Part shown: positions 9,278 to 17,031 of the stretch, piece after piece
Layout of the letters: each line of letters starts with the position of its first letter
Position numbering within the stretch: position 1 is the stretch's first letter
Assembly: GCA_002747875.1 (NCBI GenBank)
Contig: PDQT01000082.1
Coordinates: 1-38,974, forward strand
Length of the DNA stretch: 38,974 nt
Direction of reading: 5' to 3'
Origin: a bacterium DOLZORAL124_64_63
GTDB lineage: Bacteria; Krumholzibacteriota; Krumholzibacteriia; LZORAL124-64-63
Position numbers and translations under genes: made by a program
Notes under the pieces: generated by a model
Database searches by the model: none
Told to the model about the DNA's origin: nothing
Seen by the model: the letters and a program-made list of their open reading frames with translations, nothing else

Positions 9278-10675
9278 TTATCCGAGTTCGGGGCCGAATT
9301 CCCGTTCCACCAGCTGCCTGGCCTGCTCCAGATCCTGGATTTCTCCGTCCAGTTGCGCCTCGAAGCAGCGGCCCAGGATATCTCTGAACTCCTCCCCCGC
9401 CTCCAGCCCCCACGCCAACAGGTCGCGCCCCTGGACCAGGGGCTGAGGCGCCGTATCACACACCCCCAGACGGCAAGCCTGCGCCAGGAGCCAGGCACCC
9501 GCGGGGAACGAATCCGCGGGCAAAGGCGGACGGCCCGAGCTGTCCGCCCTGGCCACGCGCACCAGCCGGTCGATCCGCCCCACCCGCGCCGCCAGGCGCA
9601 GGATGGCCGCGTCACGGCTACGATCCCGATAGAGCATGGCGGGCTTCAGATGCTCCCGTACCAGCACCGCCACATCCCGCATCAGTTGCCGGTTGCTGGT
9701 CATGCGCCCCAGAAAGGCGCGAGTGGGTTCTTCCCCGGCCGCCTCGTGCCCCAGGGCCCGGATGCGGTCGGGCATTTGCCGCGTCGACGCCGGTTTGCCG
9801 AAATCGTGGCACAGGACGGCGAAACCGACCACCCGGTCCTCTGTGTCCTGGCCCAGCCGCTGCCGGGCAAAGGCGTCCATGCTGTGCAGGGTGTGCACCC
9901 AGACATCGCCTTCGGGATGGTGACGCGGGTCCTGGGGAACACCCTGCAAAGCCTGCAACTCAGGGAAATACCGATCCCAGCCGGTTTCCCGCAGGAACTT
10001 CAGGCCCAGAGAAATTTGGTGGCCCCGCAGGATCAGCTTGTCCCACTCCTCGAAAAGGCGCTCGGGGGCCAGCCCTTCCCGCTCCATCCGGCGGCAGATG
10101 GCCAGGGTCTCCGGCGCGGCCTCCAGGTGGAAACGGGCCACGAACTGCATGCCCCGCAACACCCGCAACGGGTCCTCGGCAAAGGCCGCGGAAGTGTGCC
10201 GCAAGCAGCGGTCCCGCAAATCCCGCAACCCGCCGCAGGGGTCACGCACTTCCTGCCGCAGAGGGTCGAAATAGATGGCGTTGATGGTGAAGTCCCGCCG
10301 GGCCGCCGCCTCGGCCAGGCCCAGATCCGGTTCCGCCTGCACCGCGAATCCCCGGTGGCCCCGCCCCTTCTTGGATTCCCGGCGCGGCAGCCCCACGTCG
10401 ATGGGCGTGCCCTTCAGCTTGTAGATCCCGTAGGCGCGCCCCACCAGATCCAGTTCGAAGGCCTCGCCCAGGGCCGACACTAACTTTTCCGGAGGCAGAT
10501 GGAAAACCTCCAGATCCACATCCCGCCAGGCGCGGCCCAGGGCCGCATCCCGCACACCGCCCCCCACCAGCCAAGCCCGGCCACCCGCCGCCGCCACCAG
10601 ACGGCAAACCGCCAGCACCTGCGCGCGCGCAGCAGGTGCCAAGCCGTCCAGGGTGATCAGGGTTCCGTTTTTCAC
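9278..10675 (-). CDS. cca: tRNA nucleotidyltransferase (CCA-adding/poly(A) polymerase class II) with HD domain
   Basis: VGGGVRD..DVDLEV, RRDFTINA, EDPLRVLR, HHPEGDVWVH, LCHDFGK. Confidence 0.88.
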   Translation of the reverse strand: MKNGTLITLDGLAPAARAQVLAVCRLVAAAGGRAWLVGGGVRDAALGRAWRDVDLEVFHLPPEKLVSALGEAFELDLVGRAYGIYKLKGTPIDVGLPRRESKKGRGHRGFAVQAEPDLGLAEAAARRDFTINAIYFDPLRQEVRDPCGGLRDLRDRCLRHTSAAFAEDPLRVLRGMQFVARFHLEAAPETLAICRRMEREGLAPERLFEEWDKLILRGHQISLGLKFLRETGWDRYFPELQALQGVPQDPRHHPEGDVWVHTLHSMDAFARQRLGQDTEDRVVGFAVLCHDFGKPASTRQMPDRIRALGHEAAGEEPTRAFLGRMTSNRQLMRDVAVLVREHLKPAMLYRDRSRDAAILRLAARVGRIDRLVRVARADSSGRPPLPADSFPAGAWLLAQACRLGVCDTAPQPLVQGRDLLAWGLEAGEEFRDILGRCFEAQLDGEIQDLEQARQLVEREFGPELG

Positions 10676-10697
10676 GCTTGTTTACCCTCCGCGCAAA

Positions 10698-10743
10698 ATT
10701 AGCTTGGTGGTGATTAGCTTGGTGGTGATTAGTTTGGTGGTGA
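10698..10743. repeat. 15-bp tandem repeat x3 in the divergent cca/EamA intergenic region
   Basis: ATTAGCTTGGTGGTG, ATTAGCTTGGTGGTG, ATTAGTTTGGTGGTG. Confidence 0.9.
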
Positions 10744-10775
10744 ATGCCACCATTTCCCCACCCGAAGGACGCCCT

Positions 10776-11675
10776 TTGAATACTCCCCTCCCAGACCATC
10801 AACAGGGAGACAACCTGACCCGGGCCATGCTCTGGATGATCCTTTCGGGCGTGAGCTTCGCCTTCATGGGCGCGGCGGTCAAATTGTCCGGCAACGCCCC
10901 CCTGACCACCAAAGTCTTTTTCCGCAACCTGGTGACGATGCTCATCACCGGCACGGTGGCCCTGCGCCTGGGGACCAACCCCTTCGGCCCCACCCCCTAC
11001 TGGGGGCGCCTCATCTTCCGCAGCCTTTCCGGTTTGCTGGGAGTGGGCTTGTATTTCTTCGCCTTGTACCGGCTCAGCCTCGCCGAGGCCTCGCTGCTGA
11101 ACAAGACCTCCCCCTTCTTCGTGACCATCTTCGCGGTCATCTTCCTGAAGGAGAAGTTCTCCAAGGTCATGATCCCGGCCCTGATCCTGGCCTTTGGCGG
11201 GGCTCTGCTGGTGATCAAGCCGCGCTTCGACATGACCATCCTGCCGGCGCTGGCCGGCTTCGGGTCGGGCATGTTCGCGGGCATCGCTTACGTTCTGGTG
11301 CGCTCGCTCAAGGGGCGCGCCAACCCCAACCGGATCATCTTCTACTTCAGCTTCATCTCCACGCTGGCCACGCTGCCCTTCCTTTTCCTTTACCCGTGCC
11401 ACCCCACCGCCAGGCAGTGGCTGGCCCTGCTCGGCACCGGCTTCTTCGCCGCCGGGGGGCAATACGGATTGACCTTCGCCTACCACCACGCGCCGGCCTC
11501 GCGCATCAGCGTCTTCACCTACCTGCATGTTCTTTTCAGTCTGGTCATCGGGTACGCGCTGTGGCGCGAGCGGCCCGATCAACTGAGCATCCTGGGGGGC
11601 GTGCTGATCATCTGCGGCGCGGTGGTGGCCCAGATGAAGAAACACGCCCCCGCTGCCGGCGGCAAAACAGCCTGA
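10776..11675 (+). CDS. DMT/EamA-family transporter
   Basis: About 10 hydrophobic helices in two repeats; FFRNL, LSLAEASLL..TSPFF, FLKEK, AYHHAPAS motifs; TTG 10776 with AAGGA RBS. Confidence 0.9.
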   Translation: MNTPLPDHQQGDNLTRAMLWMILSGVSFAFMGAAVKLSGNAPLTTKVFFRNLVTMLITGTVALRLGTNPFGPTPYWGRLIFRSLSGLLGVGLYFFALYRLSLAEASLLNKTSPFFVTIFAVIFLKEKFSKVMIPALILAFGGALLVIKPRFDMTILPALAGFGSGMFAGIAYVLVRSLKGRANPNRIIFYFSFISTLATLPFLFLYPCHPTARQWLALLGTGFFAAGGQYGLTFAYHHAPASRISVFTYLHVLFSLVIGYALWRERPDQLSILGGVLIICGAVVAQMKKHAPAAGGKTA

Positions 11676-11705
11676 CGGATCGGGCTGCCTGACGGTTCCG
11701 GCATC

Positions 11706-13622
11706 CTACTTCAGCAGCATACCCACCGTCTTCTTCGGGTTGATCAGCAAGATCTCCGGATGCTCCGCGTTGGGATCGGCGCCCTGCTCGATCAGGGCCA
11801 CCACCTTCCGGGGCGTCAGAGACGGATCCACCGTGAACAGCTTGGCCGCCAGGTTGCAGACGTTGGGCGAGGCCATGCTGGTGCCCGACATCTTCATGGT
11901 GCCGCCGCCGGGCACCTCGCTCTCCACCTGGAAGCCGTTGGCGTACACCCGCACGTTCCGGCCACCGCTGGTGAAGCTGGTGGGATCGCCCGCTTGGTCG
12001 ACGGCGCCGACCACCATCAGGTTCGGCAGCGTGAAATTGCTGGGGATGACCACATCGAAGTCCACATCGTTGTCATCGTTGCCGGCGGCCGAGATGTAGA
12101 GGATCTCCGGTGTGGCCGCCATGGCGCTTTCCAGACCTTCGGCCAGGATATCGACCATCTCGCGGGCCATCTTCGCCCGTTCTTCAGCGCTTTCGCCCAC
12201 GCCGTTGTCCTCGAGCATGCCCTCGATCTCCTTGAAGGACCAGCCCCAGCTCATGTTCACCACGCGGACGCCGTTCTCGCGGAAATAGCGGGTGGTGGCG
12301 GCGTAGTCGGCGGCCAGGCGCCGGGCGATGTCGTAGGTCATGGGGCGTGAGGTCTGGTGGTAATCGAAGGTGATGCGGGCCACCAGAACCCGCGCGAAGG
12401 GATTGCCCTCGATGGCGATGCCCGCCACGTGGGTGCCGTGGCTGTACAGGCCGCCGAAACTGAGGCTGGTCAGCATGTCGCCCACTTCCTCGGAGGACAT
12501 CCGGGCCAGCTCGGCCCGCACCTCGGTGGCCGCGTCGCTGTCGATGGCGCTGGTCAGATCCGAGAACCCCTGCATGTACTGGAAGACATCCTCCAACTTG
12601 CCTTCCTGGTCGCCCAAGGGATGCAGCATGTGGGCGTTGGCGATGCCGTCGAAATCGAAGGCGATGCCGTGCACGTCATCCACCCAGCCGTTGCCGTCGG
12701 TGTCCGTGCCGTCGATCTTCTCGCCCTCGTTGACCCACATCTGATCGCCGAAGGCAGCCACATCCACGCCGGAATCCCAGATGCCGACCACCACCGGGGC
12801 CCGCCCCATCTTATCCCGGAAGGTGAACTCGCGGGCCGGCCAGATGTTATCCTTCTCCACGGCGTTGGCTTCCAGATAGCGGTCATACACCCGGGCGGCC
12901 ACCGGGTTCAGGGGCAACATGTGGTCGATGGCGTGGCGGATGCCCACGATGGTCGCCGCCTGATCGGCGGTCAGTTCACCGGTGGCGGCCACGGCGGGCT
13001 CCAGTTGGCTCTGCACCACGCCGCGCAGCAGATTCTCGCTCAGGAATTCGGCCCGGCCCTTGGAACTCTTGATGTTGTCCTGGACCACGCCGTAGGGCAG
13101 GGGATCGACCCTTTTGGCCAGCTCGTGGCCGTAGGCCTTTTCCAGATCGGCCTGGGCAGCGTCCGCCGGCAGGCTGCGCCGGGCCGCGATGTAGGCCCGT
13201 GTGCTCAGTCCGCTGGTCAGGCGGCTGGCTTCCTTATCCTCCAGGGCCCGCACCTTGTCCAGCATGGCCAGAGCCTCATCGTAGCGTCCGGCGCTGACAT
13301 ACAGGCCGGCCAGGGTGCTGTACTTGCCCTGCAGGGTGGAGGTGTCGTTGATCTCGTAGCGCGCCAGATCGTCCTCCAGATCCGCGACCATGTTCTGCCG
13401 CAGGGCCGCCAGGGCCTCCTGGTCGTCCAGCATCTCCGTGACCGTCCCGCTCAGGGGATAGGTGTGCACCGGGAGCTCATCCAGGCTCTGGATCTGGATC
13501 TTCTCCGGCGGCATCGTCTTCTCCACCGGCGTTTTGGCGTCATCGACCATCCTGCTGTGGCCCGCGCAGCCCGCCACCGCCAGCAAGGCGATGAGGGCCA
13601 ACACATGGATCATGGTTTTCAT
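11706..13622 (-). CDS. S8 (subtilisin-like) serine peptidase, predicted lipoprotein
   Basis: Lipobox LLAVAGC; triad GIWDSG / HGTHVAG / GTSMASP; oxyanion AAGN; ATG 13622 with AAGGAG RBS. Confidence 0.92.
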   Translation of the reverse strand: MKTMIHVLALIALLAVAGCAGHSRMVDDAKTPVEKTMPPEKIQIQSLDELPVHTYPLSGTVTEMLDDQEALAALRQNMVADLEDDLARYEINDTSTLQGKYSTLAGLYVSAGRYDEALAMLDKVRALEDKEASRLTSGLSTRAYIAARRSLPADAAQADLEKAYGHELAKRVDPLPYGVVQDNIKSSKGRAEFLSENLLRGVVQSQLEPAVAATGELTADQAATIVGIRHAIDHMLPLNPVAARVYDRYLEANAVEKDNIWPAREFTFRDKMGRAPVVVGIWDSGVDVAAFGDQMWVNEGEKIDGTDTDGNGWVDDVHGIAFDFDGIANAHMLHPLGDQEGKLEDVFQYMQGFSDLTSAIDSDAATEVRAELARMSSEEVGDMLTSLSFGGLYSHGTHVAGIAIEGNPFARVLVARITFDYHQTSRPMTYDIARRLAADYAATTRYFRENGVRVVNMSWGWSFKEIEGMLEDNGVGESAEERAKMAREMVDILAEGLESAMAATPEILYISAAGNDDNDVDFDVVIPSNFTLPNLMVVGAVDQAGDPTSFTSGGRNVRVYANGFQVESEVPGGGTMKMSGTSMASPNVCNLAAKLFTVDPSLTPRKVVALIEQGADPNAEHPEILLINPKKTVGMLLK

Positions 13623-13658
13623 GGGGATCTCCTTGGGAAGGTTGCACGCTTGTCGGGA

Positions 13659-13679
13659 ATGCAAGCTCATAGCTTGCAT
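13659..13679. promoter_or_regulatory. Perfect palindrome, candidate transcription factor operator
   Basis: ATGCAAGCT-CAT-AGCTTGCAT, AT-rich, between the divergent S8 peptidase and chemoreceptor-like genes. Confidence 0.55.
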
Positions 13680-13800
13680 ATTGCCGTCTGCAAGGCCGGA
13701 ATTCCACTTTTTCGGGCAAAAATCCTTCAATCCCGCCCCCCTGCGGCCGAAAACACGCAACGAGCACCCAGCATGATCGGGGAATCGACGGAGGAAGTAC

Positions 13801-16254
13801 ATGTCTTCGCGGCAGTTGATGAACATCGGGATGGGATCGGTGGCGATTCTGCTGGCCGTTTCCACAGGGACGGTTTTCACCACCCTGGGGGACCGACAGG
13901 CGGATCAGGTCCGGTTGGATCTGGCCGCAGGCCAGCAGGCGCTGGTGCAGGAAATCAACGCCAACGTGGAAAACCTGGACAACGCCGCCACCCTCCTGGA
14001 GGTGAACCGGGCCCGTGAAGCTCTGGGCGCCAGCATCCTGCGCTTCGATCGCAACCTGAACCACCTGCTTAAAGGCGGCAGCCTGACGACCGCCGACGGC
14101 CGGACCACCGAAATCGTCCCCCCCCGTTCCCGCACTACCCGGAAGATTCTGCAGGAGACCGCCGAGCTCTGGGTACAAACCGGCATGCCCCTGGCCGACC
14201 TGGCCGCCGGAGAGTTCAGCATCTACAGCAGCGCCGGCCAGGCCGCCGTCAGCGGTCTGCACGACAGCAGCGCCGCCCTCCAGCAACAGCTGGGCCAGGC
14301 GACCATGGCCATCACCGACTCCACCCACAGCCGCCGGCTGCGCGCCCAGGCCGCCCGTTGGATCAGCCTGGGCCTGACCGGCGCCTTCCTGGGCCTGGGG
14401 CTGATGCGTTTCAAGCCCGGCAAAGCCAAAGACAGCCCCACCACCGCGGCGGCCGACACGCCGGCAGCCGGAATCGCCCCACCCGCCACGACCGCGCAAA
14501 GCGCTGCGGAAACTGCTGCCGCCCCGCCGCTCGCCACCCGGCCGGCCGAGCGCATCTGGGAACGCCCCGCGCACCGGACCTACACCTCACCCGTGGATTT
14601 CGATGACGTCAGCGCCTCGGTGGACCAGCTTACGGTGGACATGAACACCATCGCCACCAGCACGGGCAAGATGCAACTGGCCATCGATTCGGTGGGCCAT
14701 GCCATGCAAGGTCTGCTGTTCAGCCTGAACCAGATGGCCCAGGACACGGCCGAGGGATACAAGATCGTGCGCGGCGCCAACAACGCCGCCACCTACACCG
14801 GCAGCGTGGCCGGAGAACTGACCGCATCGGCCCAGGAGATGAGTCGCGTGGTGGCGCGGGTCACCCAGCTGGCCATGAAGACCAGGCAGGTGGCCGGGCA
14901 GATCGAGGCCGAGGCCCTGGCCACCGGCAGCACCGGCGAGGCCTTCACCTCCGTGGTGGCCGGCGAGGTGCAGGGGCTGGCCCGCCAAACCAGCCAGGCC
15001 ACCGGCCAGATCGAGCAAACGGTGGCCGAGATCCTGGGCACCGCCCGCCAGTACGAGGAGGCCATCGGCCAGATCCTTAAAAACATCGGGGCCATCAACA
15101 AGGTGAGCCAGAACCTGGGCGAGTTGATGCTGCATCCCCCCGCCGCCGGGGTGGCCGGCACGCCTCTGCCCGGTGTGCCGTCCGTGCCTCTGGCTCCGCC
15201 GCCGGCCACCGCACCGCAACCCACCGCACCGCAACCCAGCGTAGCCGCGGAACCGGCCCCGGCCGCGAAATCGGCCCCCGCCGAACCCACTTCTCAGCCT
15301 GAGGCCCCGGCCCCGACCAAGGCCGAACCCGTCAGCGATGACGACTGGGGAAGCTCCGCCGACGACAACTGGGGTGGCACCCCCGCCGACCCCGCCCCCT
15401 CCGAGGCCACCGCCGACGCCATTGCCGAGACCGCCGCCAAGCAGGAGGAGAAGGTGGAGGGGAAAACGGAAGGCAATGTCTTCATCCTGGGTGGTGGCAA
15501 GAAAAAGAGAAAACCGATTCCCAAACTAGAACCGGAGACCAAGCCCGAGCCAGAGCCCAAACCAGAGCCAGAGCCCGAAGCCGCGGCCGAAGAGGAGGAA
15601 GAAGACAGCGGGACCAACATCTTCATGCTCAACAAGCCCAAGAAAAAGGTGCCTGCAAAGCCCAAGGCCGAGGAGTCCGCGCCCCAGCCTCCGGCAGAGC
15701 AGGAAACCGGGCAGAGCCAGGAGCCCGCAGCCCCCAAAGCCGAGGAAAAAGCCCCGGCGGAAAAAGCGCCCGAGGAAGAAAAGCCCGCTAAGGAAGAGGA
15801 GCCCGAAGAAGACGGCGGGACCAATATCTTCATGCTCAACAAGCCCAAGAAAAAGATACCCGCGAAGCCCGAGGACGAGGAATCCGCGCCCCAGCCTCCG
15901 GCAGAGCAGGAAACCGGGCAGAGCCAGGAGCCCGCAGCCCCCAAAGCCGAGGAAAAAGCTCCGGCGGAAAAAGCGCCCGAGGAAGAAAAGCCCGCCAAGG
16001 AAGAGGAACCCGAAGAAGACGGCGGGACCAATATCTTCATGCTCAACAAGCCCAAGAAAAAGATACCCGCGAAGCCCAAGGACGAGGGCCCCGCATCCGA
16101 GGGCCCCGCATCCGAAGCCCCGGCATCCGAGGACCCGGCCAAAGAAGAGAAGCCCGCCACCGTTCCCACCGACGACGACCCTCCCAAGGGCGGCAAGGGC
16201 GGGGACAGCGGCAGTGACGGCAACATCTTCATGCTCAACAAGCCCAAGAAATAG
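13801..16254 (+). CDS. Methyl-accepting chemotaxis-like membrane protein (PilJ/NarX-type sensor, degenerate MCP domain, long repetitive disordered tail)
   Basis: Two TM segments flanking LDLAAGQQALVQE...RFDRNLNHLLKGG...AELW; MCP-like GEAFTSVVAGEVQGLARQTSQATGQI; P/E/A/K-rich tail; GGAGG RBS. Confidence 0.8.
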   Translation: MSSRQLMNIGMGSVAILLAVSTGTVFTTLGDRQADQVRLDLAAGQQALVQEINANVENLDNAATLLEVNRAREALGASILRFDRNLNHLLKGGSLTTADGRTTEIVPPRSRTTRKILQETAELWVQTGMPLADLAAGEFSIYSSAGQAAVSGLHDSSAALQQQLGQATMAITDSTHSRRLRAQAARWISLGLTGAFLGLGLMRFKPGKAKDSPTTAAADTPAAGIAPPATTAQSAAETAAAPPLATRPAERIWERPAHRTYTSPVDFDDVSASVDQLTVDMNTIATSTGKMQLAIDSVGHAMQGLLFSLNQMAQDTAEGYKIVRGANNAATYTGSVAGELTASAQEMSRVVARVTQLAMKTRQVAGQIEAEALATGSTGEAFTSVVAGEVQGLARQTSQATGQIEQTVAEILGTARQYEEAIGQILKNIGAINKVSQNLGELMLHPPAAGVAGTPLPGVPSVPLAPPPATAPQPTAPQPSVAAEPAPAAKSAPAEPTSQPEAPAPTKAEPVSDDDWGSSADDNWGGTPADPAPSEATADAIAETAAKQEEKVEGKTEGNVFILGGGKKKRKPIPKLEPETKPEPEPKPEPEPEAAAEEEEEDSGTNIFMLNKPKKKVPAKPKAEESAPQPPAEQETGQSQEPAAPKAEEKAPAEKAPEEEKPAKEEEPEEDGGTNIFMLNKPKKKIPAKPEDEESAPQPPAEQETGQSQEPAAPKAEEKAPAEKAPEEEKPAKEEEPEEDGGTNIFMLNKPKKKIPAKPKDEGPASEGPASEAPASEDPAKEEKPATVPTDDDPPKGGKGGDSGSDGNIFMLNKPKK
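15206..15238. repeat. Perfect 15-bp tandem duplication (TAPQP x2)
   Basis: CCACCGCACCGCAAC x2 plus CCA. Confidence 0.9.
15600..16080 (+). repeat. 207-bp (69-codon) near-identical tandem repeat, about 2.3 copies
   Basis: NIFMLNKPK codons start at 15616, 15823 and 16030 (207-bp period); intervening sequence nearly identical. Confidence 0.92.
16083..16140. repeat. 15-bp tandem repeat (EGPAS EGPAS EAPAS EDPA)
   Basis: CGAGGGCCCCGCATC x2 perfect, then degenerate copies. Confidence 0.85.
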
Positions 16255-16282
16255 GCCGCGCGACCGCGACGGCGTTAATCAC

Positions 16283-16316
16283 CGGGCCGCCCAGTACAGC
16301 TGGACGGCCCGATTTC
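16283..16316. terminator. Putative intrinsic terminator between convergent genes
   Basis: CGGGCCGCCCAG-TACAG-CTGGACGGCCCG hairpin followed by ATTTC. Confidence 0.55.
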
Positions 16317-16334
16317 CCATGGGTTGATCAAGGA

Positions 16335-16994
16335 TTATTCGAAACCGAAGAGAGAGTAATCCACCAGCATGTTGCCCGTCAGGTCAGGCACATCGTCCCG
16401 CTTGCGCTCCCCGTGGGGGTAGTGCTCGCGCCTGTTCAGGGACATGTAAAGCAAACCCGCCAGATCGTCCTTGCGCCGGCTCAGGTTGCCGGCCACCACG
16501 CCGGCGATGTACTTGGCGATGGCCACCCCCGCCGCGAAGCCCGGATTGCCGGCCGCCCCCACCACCTGAGCCAGGTTGTCCACGAAATCGTCGAAGCCCT
16601 CGTCCCTCAACACTTCCTTGACGGTCTCTCCCAAGTCGCGCACGTCGCCATCGTTCTCCAGGGCCATGAAACACCAATTGAAGTCGCCGGGGATGGACTC
16701 CCGCTGGAACAGGACGTAGCCCGTATCCCCGAAGGTGATGCTCTGGTCATCCCTCACGTTGTCGATGGTGGCCAGGATGCGGTTGCTGACCACCTGCGTG
16801 ACCATGGCCGCCGCCAGCTTGGCCCGTTGCTTCGGATCCGTCTCCTGTAAGAAGGCGTCCAGGTCGGGAAAAGACGTGTCCCCGGTGGTGATGAAACTGA
16901 TCATCTTGATCTCGGCCAGATCCCGTTTGATGAACAGGAAACCGCTTTCCCGGTTGTCGATGATCCGGACCTTGTTGAGGCGAAAGTAGAACAT
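16335..16994 (-). CDS. Hypothetical protein (219 aa)
   Basis: ATG 16994 with AGGAGG RBS, 37 bp after the ccsBA stop; typical codon usage. Confidence 0.78.
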   Translation of the reverse strand: MFYFRLNKVRIIDNRESGFLFIKRDLAEIKMISFITTGDTSFPDLDAFLQETDPKQRAKLAAAMVTQVVSNRILATIDNVRDDQSITFGDTGYVLFQRESIPGDFNWCFMALENDGDVRDLGETVKEVLRDEGFDDFVDNLAQVVGAAGNPGFAAGVAIAKYIAGVVAGNLSRRKDDLAGLLYMSLNRREHYPHGERKRDDVPDLTGNMLVDYSLFGFE

Positions 16995-17031
16995 GGCCGT
17001 TTCCTCCTGATGGGGCCCCGCGTGGTATGGC

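Noticed and set aside
10698-10743. Repeat as CRISPR, iterons or Chi sites
   Set aside because: No spacers, no rep gene, and GCTTGGTGG does not match E. coli Chi (GCTGGTGG).
13627-13639. 13-nt identity (ATCTCCTTGGGAA) upstream of both the S8 and DUF4097 genes
   Set aside because: Mostly the Shine-Dalgarno AAGGAG and flanks; too short to claim a shared regulatory element.
15600-16254. Regularly spaced repeats as a possible CRISPR array
   Set aside because: The spacers are near-identical, in frame and protein-coding, the period is 207 bp, and no cas genes are present.
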